A stretch of DNA of 56,451 bases from an uncultured Acidobacteriota bacterium. Lineage in GTDB: Bacteria > Acidobacteriota > Vicinamibacteria > Vicinamibacterales > UBA8438. Of this stretch, positions 31,941-41,642 are shown one piece after another. The notes below the pieces were generated by a model. It searched no databases, was not told where the DNA came from, and saw only the letters and a list, made by a program, of their open reading frames with translations. Position 1 is the stretch's first letter, and every line of letters starts with the position of its first letter. The DNA is taken from assembly GCA_913043225.1 (NCBI GenBank), contig CAJWLU010000022.1, positions 1 to 56,451 on the forward strand, read 5' to 3'. The position numbers were made by a program, and so were the translations under genes.

Positions 31941-33211
31941 CCGAGTATCCCCACGAGATAAAGGAGGCCGGTCCCCCCAAGCAGCAGCAAACCGACCCAT
32001 GAAAGGAGGCGCATGGCTGTACCGGGCCGATGGTGCGCTGGCATCTGCTCGGACGTCACCACACGTAACGTCAGGTAACCAAGGATGGGCCCGGTCAGGA
32101 AGGAAACGGTGGTGGCAAAATCGACCATGGCGGTTAGATTGCCGACGAACAGTACCAGCACCACGGCCGTCAGCACCGTCAGCACGATGAGGGCCCACCA
32201 GTACACCGGACCGGCTGACGGCGCCGGGCGGTCCACCCCATGGCGCAGCACGTGGAGCGTCCGCTCGAGAGCACGGGGTGCCCCGTCCATCACCGTGAGC
32301 GACGTCGACAGCATCGTGGTCACCACCGCCACCAGAACGACCGGTCGAGTCCAGGCGCCAAGCGTCTCGCTGTAGAGATCCACGAGCTGGGTTGAAAACG
32401 TCGGCCCGGCCTCGGCGAAGGTCTCTCCAGACCCGTACATGACGCCCACCCCCAATACCAGAAAGGTGAACGCCAGCGCCGTGGTACCGAGATACCCCAC
32501 AAGGAAATCCTTCCGGGCGATTTCCACTGACACTCGTTGACCGGAAGCCTCGCTCTTCGCCAACGTCCAGAGCGAGCTCCAGGCAGCCACGTCGATCGCG
32601 GTCGGCATCCAGCCCACCAAAGCGAGCAGAAAAGCGAACGGCACAACGCCACCCACCAGCGAGAACGGCGACTGGGCTAGCGTCGAGAAGTCGGCGCGGG
32701 GCAGACTAACCGTCGCGGCGAACACGGTCGAGATGGCCAGTAACAGCAAGATGATCTTGATGGACCAGTCGAGCGCGGGGAACCGGCCTCGCCAAAGAAG
32801 CAGTCCGCAGCCAACCATGACAAGGGCACCGATGACGGCTACCGACCAGTCCAAACCAAACGCAAAGCTCACAAGCACAGCCGTGAACATCACTACGGCC
32901 GACTGGATCACTCCCGCGGTGAGCAACGTGATAACCAGATACAGCCAGAGCGCCCACCGCCCCACCCGAGCATAGCCCTCGATGAGGCTCGTGCCGGTAG
33001 CAGCCGCGAAGCGCGGGCCGTATTCGAAGAAAGGGTATTTGAGAATGACGGCCAGTAAGATGACGCTGGCGAGACCGAATCCGGCCACAGCCCCGGCGCG
33101 CGTAGACTGAACCAGATGGGAGACACCGATGGCCGACGCCGCCCAGAGCAACCCGGGCCCAAACGCGCTCCAGAAACGCCCGCGACCGTCAGAGTCAGAA
33201 GAGTGGCCCAC
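31937..33211 (-). CDS. Nramp-related (APC fold) membrane transporter
   Basis: GPGLLWAASAIGVSHLVQSTRAGA, KYPFFEYG, GWMPTA; many TM helices; lacks canonical DPGN. Confidence 0.75.
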   Translation of the reverse strand: MGHSSDSDGRGRFWSAFGPGLLWAASAIGVSHLVQSTRAGAVAGFGLASVILLAVILKYPFFEYGPRFAAATGTSLIEGYARVGRWALWLYLVITLLTAGVIQSAVVMFTAVLVSFAFGLDWSVAVIGALVMVGCGLLLWRGRFPALDWSIKIILLLLAISTVFAATVSLPRADFSTLAQSPFSLVGGVVPFAFLLALVGWMPTAIDVAAWSSLWTLAKSEASGQRVSVEIARKDFLVGYLGTTALAFTFLVLGVGVMYGSGETFAEAGPTFSTQLVDLYSETLGAWTRPVVLVAVVTTMLSTSLTVMDGAPRALERTLHVLRHGVDRPAPSAGPVYWWALIVLTVLTAVVLVLFVGNLTAMVDFATTVSFLTGPILGYLTLRVVTSEQMPAHHRPGTAMRLLSWVGLLLLGGTGLLYLVGILG

Positions 33212-33261
33212 CAGCCTCCTGTCTCCTGACTACTGTCCTGCTTGTCCTAACGAGATTCCCG

Positions 33262-34734
33262 CTAGGCCACGATCTGCGGAATCAATGTCCCGTGAACGTC
33301 GGTCAGCCGCATGTCCCGGCCGTTATAGCGATACGTCAGCTTGGTGTGATCCATCCCCAGCATGTGCAGCATCGTCGCGTGGAAGTCGTGTGGCGAAATC
33401 CGCTGCTCGGCCGCCTTGTAACCGAAGTCGTCGCTCGAGCCGATCACCTGTCCCCCCTGGATACCGGCCCCGGCCATCCAGCCAGTCATCGCACCTGGAT
33501 TGTGGTCGCGGCCCACACCCCGCTGAGAGATTGGCATCCGACCGAACTCGGCATGCCAGACCACTAAAGTGGAATCCAACAGCCCGCGGCCCTTCAAGTC
33601 TGTGAGAAGACCCGCAATCGGAAGGTCAGTCTCCTTCGCGTGCAGCGTGTGGTTCTCCTTCAGATTGCTGTGCGCGTCCCAGGTGTCGGTGTTCTGATTG
33701 CCAAGGCCACCATGGAACAGCTGGACGAAGCGGACGCCCCGCTCGACCAGCCGGCGCGCCATCAGGCACTGCCGGCCAAACGGCTCGGTCATTGGGTCGT
33801 CGAGCCCGTAGAGCTTCTTGGTCACGTCTGACTCGGCCGACGTGTCGACAGCCTCCGGGGCACACCCCTGCATCCGGTAGGCAAGCTCGTAGGACGAGAT
33901 CCTGGCCGACAGCTCAGAGTTGCCTGGGTTCTTGGCCATATCTATCTCGTTCAGCTTGGCCAAGGTGTCAAGACGCGCACGCTGCTGCTCGGCACTCACG
34001 CCTTCGGGGGGCTGCAGATCGACGATCGGGTCGCCCACGGCCCGGAACAAGGTGCCTTGATAGGCAGCCGGCATGAACCCGGCGCTCCAGTCAGTAGGAC
34101 CACCGAGCGGCCCACCGCGGTAGTCGTTCATCACCACGTAGGCCGGCAGACTGGAGCTTTCCGACCCCAGCCCATAGGTGACCCACGACCCGACACTCGG
34201 GAAGCCGACGCGGATCTGTCCCGTCTGCATCTCATAGGTCGCCTGAATGTGGTCGTTAGAACGCCCATACAGCGACCGGATGAACGCGATCTCGTCCACC
34301 TTGCTGGCGATGTGCGGGAAGATATCCGACACGTCGATTCCGCTCTGCCCGTGCTTCTTGAACCCGAAGGGGCTCGGCATAAGCGGTCCTGGATGGCCCT
34401 GGCGGACGACCACCGACTCGGCCAGTGGCTCGCCGGCGTGGTCGATCAGCGCCTGCTTCGGATCGAACGTGTCGACCTGGCTGACGCCACCGCTCATGAA
34501 GAGCGAGATGACCGACTTCGCCCTCGGCTCGAAGTGCGGGTCGCGCGGCGTGAACGGATTCCCCGGAACAGGCATCTCGCAGGTGTCCGACTGCGCAGCC
34601 GCCAGCAGCCCCTGTTTGTCCATCAGGTGCGCCAGCGCCAGCCCGGCGATCCCGCCGCCTGATTGGAACAGGAAGTCCCGCCGGTCCCAGAACGTCCGTT
34701 TCTTGCAGGGATGGTGATGATCGTGATCGGACAT
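33262..34734 (-). CDS. DUF1501 (sulfatase-like) protein with Tat signal
   Basis: DRRDFLF, FMSGGVSQVDTFDPK, RRLVERGVRFVQL, WDAH, EFGRMP, GRDHN. Confidence 0.9.
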   Translation of the reverse strand: MSDHDHHHPCKKRTFWDRRDFLFQSGGGIAGLALAHLMDKQGLLAAAQSDTCEMPVPGNPFTPRDPHFEPRAKSVISLFMSGGVSQVDTFDPKQALIDHAGEPLAESVVVRQGHPGPLMPSPFGFKKHGQSGIDVSDIFPHIASKVDEIAFIRSLYGRSNDHIQATYEMQTGQIRVGFPSVGSWVTYGLGSESSSLPAYVVMNDYRGGPLGGPTDWSAGFMPAAYQGTLFRAVGDPIVDLQPPEGVSAEQQRARLDTLAKLNEIDMAKNPGNSELSARISSYELAYRMQGCAPEAVDTSAESDVTKKLYGLDDPMTEPFGRQCLMARRLVERGVRFVQLFHGGLGNQNTDTWDAHSNLKENHTLHAKETDLPIAGLLTDLKGRGLLDSTLVVWHAEFGRMPISQRGVGRDHNPGAMTGWMAGAGIQGGQVIGSSDDFGYKAAEQRISPHDFHATMLHMLGMDHTKLTYRYNGRDMRLTDVHGTLIPQIVA

Positions 34735-34742
34735 GGGTGCTC

Positions 34743-37370
34743 CTACCGCAGATACAGGAACTCGTTCAGATTGAACATCACGTGCGTAAGGTCGACGAGG
34801 CTTTGCTCCCGCACGAGCGACTGGGCTACGGCCGCTTCGTCCGCCGTCGGCGGCCGCGTGAGGGCCAACTTGTAGGCTAGCTCCACCTGGCGCTCGATGT
34901 CGCCAGGCGCCTCTCCCTGGATCCGGTCGGCGAGCAGTTGGGCCTGATTCAGAACAAAGCCGTTGTTAAGCAACGTCAACGCCTGGGTCGGCACCGTCGA
35001 GACGTTCCGAGCCGCGGCGGTCTGATTCTGGTCCGGTAGATCGAACGTATCGAAGAATGGGAAACCGAGCGAGCGACGGCGGAACACATACACGCTACGA
35101 CGCCACACTTCGGGACCATCCTCCTGATTGTCCCAGTGCCCCTTACCCTCTGATGTCTTAAGGATCTCGGGCGGCACGAACGGGAAGATCGGCTTCCCGC
35201 CCACTGTGAGGTCGATACTGCCCGCTACCGTCATAATGGCGTCGCGCAGCGCCTCGGCCTCGAGCCGCTGCGGGCGATACCGCCACAGATACTGGTTCTC
35301 CGGGTCGGTGGCCAGGGCTGCCCCGTCGTCATGGGCCGAAGCCATCTGGTAGGCTTCGGAGGTCATCATCAGCCGGTGCATCTCCTTAATGCTCCAGCCC
35401 CGATCCATGAACTCGACCGCGAGCCAATCCAAGAGTTTGGGATGGGTCGGCAACTCACCCATCTTGCCGAGGTTGTCGAGCGTGCGCACGATCCCCCGCC
35501 CGAAGTGGTGATGCCAGATCCGATTCACGGCGACCCTCGCCGTCAGTGGATTGTCACGAGACGTGATCCACTCGGCAAGCGCTAGTCGTCGTCCCGACGT
35601 ACGACCACCCGGCCGCGAGATGGCTGTGGGCGGATCGCCGTAGGTGGCCACCGACAGGAAACCGGGCTGCATCTCTGAGCCGGAGCTGAACGGATCACCA
35701 CGAATCAGAAAATAACTGGGGGGCGCCTCGTAGGCCGGTCCCCCATCCTCGTAGAGGAAGGTCCCTGGCACATCGGGCGGCGTGCGGCATTCGGGGCAGC
35801 CGATGACCTCGTCGCCCGGACCATCGGGGGCGAAGCGATAGTCACCGTCGGTCACGATCTCGGCCATCGCCGGCTCGGGAGGTCGCTGCCGATCAAGATC
35901 CTCCACCTGGCGTGTCAATGCGAGATGCCGTTCGGCTTCCTCGTCAGTGAGCGCATCGATCACACGTTGGCGCGGTGGATTGAGGGACAGGACCTGGGCC
36001 GCCAGTAACTGCTCGCCGGCGGTTCGCTCTTCGGCCAGCTTCTCGGCTGCTCTCTGTACGTTCTCCGGGAAACGTTCTCGAATCAGCTCGAGCCTGAGGC
36101 GATTGCGATGAGGCTCCTCAAGGGTTGCTATCTCGCCGCGCAGCGGCTCGACCTGCGCATCGATCTCGGCATTGGCCGCGCGATAGCTCAGAACGTCCTT
36201 GTGATCCAGTAGCGGATGGTCAATCTCTACGTAGCCGAAGATCGACGCCTGCATGCTGTAGTAGTCCTTCTGCAGGATCGGGTCGAACTTGTGATCGTGG
36301 CAGCGCGCACAATGCACCGTCATGCCAAGCACTCCGCGGCCCAGCGTCGCCAGCACGTCATCGAGATAGTCGTGCCGCCGCTCCGGGTTGTCCTTCTCCC
36401 GGAACTGCACCCGCGGACCCGCTCGCAGAAACCCCGTAGCAATCAGGGTCTCGTCGGTCACATGGTCCAGCTCGTCGCCAGCGATCTGCTCCCGGAGGAA
36501 CTGGTTGTAAGGCTTGTCCTTGTTGTAAGCGTTGATGACGTAGTCCCGGTATCGCCAGGCGTTGGGTCGAACGTAGTCCTGCTCGAACCCGGTGGAGTCG
36601 GCGTAGCGGGCAACGTCCATCCAGTGACGACCCCAGCGCTCGCCATAGTGCGGCGACTCGAGCAACTGGTCGATGACCCGCTCCCAAGCGCCGCGCTCGG
36701 TGTCGGCGAGAAAGACCGCGGCCTGCTCGGGTGTCGGCGGCAGCCCGGTGAGATCGAGATACGCCCGACGGAGGCGAGTGAGCGGGTCCGCCTTCGGCGC
36801 GGCCTCGACGCCCGCTTCACCCCGCGCGGCGTCGAGAAAGCGGTCGATCGGGTGCGAATAGGTTGCCGAGGCGGGCACAGTCGCCTGTGTCGGAAGCCGG
36901 AACGCCCAGTAGTCGCGAGCGTCTGGAGGCAGCGTCGAGTTCTCAAGCGCCGACAACGCGTCGGCCGCACTCGTCGCGCCCCCTTCGTCCCAGTGGGCGC
37001 CATCGTCGATCCACTGCCGGACGGCGGCCACCTCGCCGTCACTGAGCGAGTCACCGCCCATCGGCATCGGCGGATCGGCCAGCCCCGTCAGTACCTGATA
37101 CAGGCGGCTCTCGTTGGCGCGGCCTGGAACCAGGGCGCTGCCACGGGTACCACCCGTAATCGCATCGTCACGAGTGCGCAGGTCGAGCCCGGACAGCTGG
37201 GACGCCTCGCCGTGGCAATTCCAGCAGCTACGCTCGAAGATCGGACGGATCTGATCGGTGAAACTGACCCGTTCGGATTGCGCGATCGCCGGCGAGGCCC
37301 ACAGAACCACCACCGCAGGCGCGAGTCGCCACTTGCGCACCGACCACGCTGCATTGAGGACTTTCCGCAT
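34743..37370 (-). CDS. Planctomycete-type cytochrome c protein (PSCyt1 + DUF1549 + DUF1553)
   Basis: CWNCH, YGERWGRHWMDVARYADS, CARCHDHKFDP, NPLTARVAVNRIW, PTHP.LLD.LA; RBS GGAGG. Confidence 0.9.
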   Translation of the reverse strand: MRKVLNAAWSVRKWRLAPAVVVLWASPAIAQSERVSFTDQIRPIFERSCWNCHGEASQLSGLDLRTRDDAITGGTRGSALVPGRANESRLYQVLTGLADPPMPMGGDSLSDGEVAAVRQWIDDGAHWDEGGATSAADALSALENSTLPPDARDYWAFRLPTQATVPASATYSHPIDRFLDAARGEAGVEAAPKADPLTRLRRAYLDLTGLPPTPEQAAVFLADTERGAWERVIDQLLESPHYGERWGRHWMDVARYADSTGFEQDYVRPNAWRYRDYVINAYNKDKPYNQFLREQIAGDELDHVTDETLIATGFLRAGPRVQFREKDNPERRHDYLDDVLATLGRGVLGMTVHCARCHDHKFDPILQKDYYSMQASIFGYVEIDHPLLDHKDVLSYRAANAEIDAQVEPLRGEIATLEEPHRNRLRLELIRERFPENVQRAAEKLAEERTAGEQLLAAQVLSLNPPRQRVIDALTDEEAERHLALTRQVEDLDRQRPPEPAMAEIVTDGDYRFAPDGPGDEVIGCPECRTPPDVPGTFLYEDGGPAYEAPPSYFLIRGDPFSSGSEMQPGFLSVATYGDPPTAISRPGGRTSGRRLALAEWITSRDNPLTARVAVNRIWHHHFGRGIVRTLDNLGKMGELPTHPKLLDWLAVEFMDRGWSIKEMHRLMMTSEAYQMASAHDDGAALATDPENQYLWRYRPQRLEAEALRDAIMTVAGSIDLTVGGKPIFPFVPPEILKTSEGKGHWDNQEDGPEVWRRSVYVFRRRSLGFPFFDTFDLPDQNQTAAARNVSTVPTQALTLLNNGFVLNQAQLLADRIQGEAPGDIERQVELAYKLALTRPPTADEAAVAQSLVREQSLVDLTHVMFNLNEFLYLR

Positions 37371-37446
37371 CGACCCCTCCACGACGCGAGAAAACTAGAA
37401 AATATCCCGCATAGCATAACACCGACTACAGCCGGTGGGGGGGACG

Positions 37447-37467
37447 GGGGCCCTGTTTCAGGGCCCC
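37447..37467. terminator. GC-rich hairpin, possible terminator
   Basis: GGGGCCCTG-TTT-CAGGGCCCC just past the stop of 37497-38465; no clear U-tract. Confidence 0.35.
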
Positions 37468-37496
37468 GGGCGGCAGGGGGCAGCCAGGAGAATCCC

Positions 37497-38465
37497 TCAG
37501 GGGATTAACCCCGCCTCTTCGAGACGGGCGTTCCGCAGGATGTTCTCCAGTCCGAGATTACCCTCATGACAGGCGTACTCGTACAGCGGCTGGTCGGTCT
37601 TCTGCATCGGAAACATCAGCGTCCACGGACGAGTCCAGGTGTCGGGATCATCAGCCGTGATCTCGTACTGAATCACACCCGGCGCGACCCGGGTAAACCG
37701 CTCGATCAGCCGCAGCCCGCCGGTGGCCCCCCGAAAGGCGCCCTGGGCCACATAGCCCATCGATTCCACCACCAACGTGTCTCCCTCATAGCGGCCACGG
37801 GATTCGCCGTGCCACTGCGGGATCGGGGCGTCTGGCAGCGGCCGATCGATCAGAATGATCCGGGTATCGTGCACCATCTCAGACACGATGACCACATGGC
37901 CAGGGGTCTGAAGGATCTGATAGTTATTGTTGTAACCACCGGGCAAGCGTGGGGTCCCAAACGTTAGACAGCGCTCGCTGAGCCCGCGGTGGTCAGCCGC
38001 GTCCGAGGGATGCGCGCGACGATTCTGGGCCCGTGCTTGATTCCGGACGCGTGCCTGCTCAGTCAGTGGTGGAATCCGCCCGTCTGGGGGGTCGATGATG
38101 AGCGAGGTCCGACCGTCGCCGGTCAAATCGCTCCCGTAGTCCAGCCACCACTTGGCGTGTACGCTGGGTGAACGGTCGTAGTCGGCACGCTCGGCCAGAC
38201 TCCGCTCGAGAAACGTGGCCGCCTCCTCTTCGGTGAAGAGCGCCTGGTCTGAGAACTCCCGCGGCCGCTGCAACGGGGTCATAGTGCGGTAGTCCCAAAT
38301 CCCCTGGAGGTCGGGCACACCCCAAGCGGTGCGCGGCGGGCTCCAGGCTCCATCCACGAAGGCGGCCGCCGGACCGTTCGACTGCGCCGACAGAGGCGCT
38401 ACCACTAGCCACGCCACGGCCACCACGGCACTCACGCCCACCATGCGTCGTCCCATGCTCACCAT
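37497..38465 (-). CDS. Exported hypothetical protein (PDLQGIW...YEYACHEGN family), paralog A
   Basis: RBS AAGGAG, signal peptide, close paralog of 55377-56336. Confidence 0.8.
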   Translation of the reverse strand: MVSMGRRMVGVSAVVAVAWLVVAPLSAQSNGPAAAFVDGAWSPPRTAWGVPDLQGIWDYRTMTPLQRPREFSDQALFTEEEAATFLERSLAERADYDRSPSVHAKWWLDYGSDLTGDGRTSLIIDPPDGRIPPLTEQARVRNQARAQNRRAHPSDAADHRGLSERCLTFGTPRLPGGYNNNYQILQTPGHVVIVSEMVHDTRIILIDRPLPDAPIPQWHGESRGRYEGDTLVVESMGYVAQGAFRGATGGLRLIERFTRVAPGVIQYEITADDPDTWTRPWTLMFPMQKTDQPLYEYACHEGNLGLENILRNARLEEAGLIP

Positions 38466-38599
38466 CGAGATCTCCTTGCGGGTTGAGGACTGCCCGACGA
38501 TAACACGAAGCAGAGTTCGGTATGGCTCGGCGCTTGGACCGGAGCCGCCCTCGGGCCGATAATCCCTCTGTCGACCATTCATCTTTGAAGGAGTACCCC

Positions 38600-39097
38600 A
38601 TGCGCCTGCTTGGTCTCGCCGTGCTCGCCATGCTCTGTGCCTCCCAGGTCTCGGCCCAGGAGCCGGAGGCTACCGACGTCACCACCGACGCCATCCAGAC
38701 GTTCATCGACGCACTGCCGCGCGATCGGGTTAGCGACCGGCCGATCCGGGTCGTGGACGTTACGGGAGACTACCGGGTCGGGGTCTATGGGGTCTATCGC
38801 CCGCAGAGCGTGCCAGGCGGCGCCAACAAACACGAGGTCAACGCCACCGAGATCTACTACATGCTCAGCGGCGCCGGCACCCTCGTGACCGGAGGAACGC
38901 TGTTGCCTGAGGGGGGGGCGATCCCGGGCACCAGTGCCCGCAGCCCAGGAATCGAGGACGGCGTCTCGCGTCGGATCTCCGCCGGCGATGTGGTCATCAT
39001 TCCTGGCCATACCCCACACTGGTGGAGCGAGCTAGAATCTGACATCGAGTACCTCATCTTCCGGCCGGATCCGGACAACCGCCTCCAGTTGAAGTAG
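38600..39097 (+). CDS. Exported cupin-fold protein
   Basis: RBS AAGGAG; H.....EIYYMLSGAG and GDVVIIPGHTPHW cupin motifs. Confidence 0.8.
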   Translation: MRLLGLAVLAMLCASQVSAQEPEATDVTTDAIQTFIDALPRDRVSDRPIRVVDVTGDYRVGVYGVYRPQSVPGGANKHEVNATEIYYMLSGAGTLVTGGTLLPEGGAIPGTSARSPGIEDGVSRRISAGDVVIIPGHTPHWWSELESDIEYLIFRPDPDNRLQLK

Positions 39098-39149
39098 GCC
39101 TTTGGTCAGATTGACAGGGTCCAGGGTTCCCGACAGACTGTGGATTGTC

Positions 39150-39950
39150 ATGATGTTCAAATCGCTCCCGTTTCGGCCGGTGCTCCTGGCCACGTCCACC
39201 GCACTGCTCGGCCTGCTTGTGGCCATCACCTCGGCGGCCGCCCAAGACCATGTCGGCCAGTACGAACAGGCGGACATCGAGTTCGGCGCGAGCCTCTACA
39301 ACGCCAACTGCACCCGCTGCCACGGCGAAGCGGGCACCGAGATCGCCGGCACCGACCTAGCCTCTGGGCAGTACGCACGCGCCGAGTCCGACCAGGAACT
39401 AATGCGTCTCATCCGGACCGGCATACAGGGCACGGCAATGCCGCCTAACGACTTCAACCAGTCTGAGCTGACAGGCATCGTGTCCTATTTGCGCTCAATG
39501 CGGGACTTCGATCTAGGCGAGGTGCGCCTGGGCGACCAGACCCGAGGCGAACGGCTGTTCAACGGCAAGGGCGCCTGTGCCACCTGTCACCGCGTACGCG
39601 GCCAAGGGCCCCGCACCGCCCCAGACCTGACCGACATCGGGTCCATCCGGACCGCGGCCACTCTCCAGGCCGCCCTGCTCGACCCGACCGGCACAATGAT
39701 CTCGGTCAATCGTCCGGTCCGAGCCGTGCTAGGGGATGGCACACTGGTCAGTGGGCGCCGGCTCAATGAGGACACCTACTCGATTCAGCTGATCGACCAA
39801 GACGAGCGGCTACGTTCGCTCGAGAAGGCATCGCTCCGCGAGCTGACCGCCCTGACCACGTCGCCGATGCCACCTGCCAGTGACGCGCTGGACGAACAGG
39901 AAGTGGCCGACGTGCTGGCCTATCTACTGACCCTCCAGGGCCTCGAATAG
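39150..39950 (+). CDS. Dihaem c-type cytochrome
   Basis: CTRCH...AMPP and CATCH...PMPP; signal peptide; upstream TTGACA-N17-CAGACT. Confidence 0.85.
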   Translation: MMFKSLPFRPVLLATSTALLGLLVAITSAAAQDHVGQYEQADIEFGASLYNANCTRCHGEAGTEIAGTDLASGQYARAESDQELMRLIRTGIQGTAMPPNDFNQSELTGIVSYLRSMRDFDLGEVRLGDQTRGERLFNGKGACATCHRVRGQGPRTAPDLTDIGSIRTAATLQAALLDPTGTMISVNRPVRAVLGDGTLVSGRRLNEDTYSIQLIDQDERLRSLEKASLRELTALTTSPMPPASDALDEQEVADVLAYLLTLQGLE

Positions 39951-39965
39951 GCAGGACACAGACTC

Positions 39966-41609
39966 ATGAAACAACAGACCTTCATCGCTCTACTCGTCGG
40001 CGTCCTGACCGCGGGCACCGCCTCGGCCCAAGTCACCTTCGAGCGCCTGCTCAACGCGGACGAGGAACCGCACAACTGGTTGACCTACTCCGGCACCTAC
40101 TCGAGCACTCGTCACACGAGGCTGGACCAGATCACAGCAGACAACGTCGACGACCTCGAGTTGTCGTGGGTCTTCCAGGCCGGCTCGCTCGAAGCGTTTC
40201 AGGCGACTCCTCTCGTCGTCGACGGCATCATGTACCTGACCGAACCGGTCAACAACGTCGTAGCCCTCGATGCTAAAACCGGTGCGGTGTTCTGGAAGTA
40301 CGAATACACGCCGTCACCCGAGGCCCGTCCCTGTTGCGGCGCCGTCAACCGCGGTCTGGCCATCCTAGATGACATGCTCTTCCTGGCCACGCTTGATGGG
40401 AACCTCATGGCAATCGACGCGATCGCCGGAGAGCCGCTGTGGAGCACGACCGTAGCCGATCCGACGCAAGGCTACGCGCTGACGCTTGCTCCGCTGGTGA
40501 TTAAGGACAAGGTCATCGTGGGCGTGGCCGGCGGCGAGTACGGCATCCGGGGCTACATCGACGCCTATGACGCGTCGACTGGAGAGCAGGCCTGGCGCTT
40601 CTACACCATCCCAGGACCGGGCGAACCGGGCCATGAGACCTGGGAGAACGACGCCTGGATGACCGGCGGCGCCTCGGCGTGGCTGACCGGCTCCTACGAC
40701 CCGGACCTGGACCTGACCTACTGGGGCATCGGCAACCCAGGCCCTGACTGGAACCCGGCCCAGCGGCCGGGCGACAACCTGTACTCGGACTCGGTCGTCG
40801 CCCTCGATCCGGACACCGGGGAACTTGAGTGGTACTTCCAGTTCACGCCCAACGACCCCTACGACTACGACGCGGTCCAAATTCCGGTGCTCATGGATGC
40901 CCCCGATGGTAACGGCGGAACCATCAAACTGATGCTCTGGGCCAACCGGAACGGCTTCTTCTACATCCTCGACCGTGAGAACGGGCAATTCCTCAACGGA
41001 ACCGACTTCGTGCCGGTGAACTGGGCCAGCGGCCTCGACGACTTCGGACGACCGGTACAGACGCCGCAGCCGCCTGGCACGACGACCTTCCCGGGAGTGC
41101 AGGGCGGCACGAACTGGTACTCACCGTCGTTCAGTCCGGAAACCGGGCTCTTCTACGTCTCGGCATGGGAGTCGTATGGATCGAACTTCACACCAGAGGA
41201 GCAGGAATATGTTCCCGGTCGCGTCTTCCTGGGTGGCCGACCGGCGAACCCGTTCGGGGCGGGAGCCAACGTGCCCGGCCTCCGACGCGGCCACATCAAT
41301 AACTGGACCGACGCAGCGGGAGGCGGCGCGGTCATCGCCATCAACCCACGCAACGGCGAGCAGGTCTGGAAGCTGCCGATGACGGACGTCACCAGTAGCG
41401 GCATCCTGACTAGCGCCTCGAATCTGCTGTTCACCGGAAACCGCGAGGGCTACTTCCACATTCTCGACGCCGAAGACGGCGAGGTCCTGTGGAAGAAACC
41501 GCTCGGCGGTATGATCGCCAACGGCCCGATGAGCTACATGGTCGACGGCAAGCAGTATGTGGCCCTCGCTGCTGGCCACTCGATGTACGTGTGGGCGCTG
41601 GCGGATTGA
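39966..41609 (+). CDS. PQQ-dependent alcohol dehydrogenase family protein, lanthanide-type motif
   Basis: PCCGAVNRG, GGEYGIRG, YWGIGNP, QFTPNDPYDYD, GGTNW, DGKQYV. Confidence 0.9.
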   Translation: MKQQTFIALLVGVLTAGTASAQVTFERLLNADEEPHNWLTYSGTYSSTRHTRLDQITADNVDDLELSWVFQAGSLEAFQATPLVVDGIMYLTEPVNNVVALDAKTGAVFWKYEYTPSPEARPCCGAVNRGLAILDDMLFLATLDGNLMAIDAIAGEPLWSTTVADPTQGYALTLAPLVIKDKVIVGVAGGEYGIRGYIDAYDASTGEQAWRFYTIPGPGEPGHETWENDAWMTGGASAWLTGSYDPDLDLTYWGIGNPGPDWNPAQRPGDNLYSDSVVALDPDTGELEWYFQFTPNDPYDYDAVQIPVLMDAPDGNGGTIKLMLWANRNGFFYILDRENGQFLNGTDFVPVNWASGLDDFGRPVQTPQPPGTTTFPGVQGGTNWYSPSFSPETGLFYVSAWESYGSNFTPEEQEYVPGRVFLGGRPANPFGAGANVPGLRRGHINNWTDAAGGGAVIAINPRNGEQVWKLPMTDVTSSGILTSASNLLFTGNREGYFHILDAEDGEVLWKKPLGGMIANGPMSYMVDGKQYVALAAGHSMYVWALAD

Positions 41610-41642
41610 GCGCCGACGGAGCAACAGGCGCAAGGACTCCCG

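Noticed and set aside
31941..32198. N-terminal extension of rpiB in the ORF track; similar extensions at 12552-12776, 21946-22203, 47808-48062 and 53903-54037
   Set aside because: Overlap neighbouring genes; downstream starts have RBS or signal peptides and match family N-termini
37434..37481. G-run cluster as a functional G-quadruplex
   Set aside because: Largely explained by a GC hairpin and high background GC; no supporting evidence
36216..37508. 430-aa plus-strand ORF, and similar long ORFs at 49517-50878, 54210-55343, 27587-28567 and 50685-51833
   Set aside because: Antisense shadows of well-supported genes, expected in high-GC DNA; no motifs
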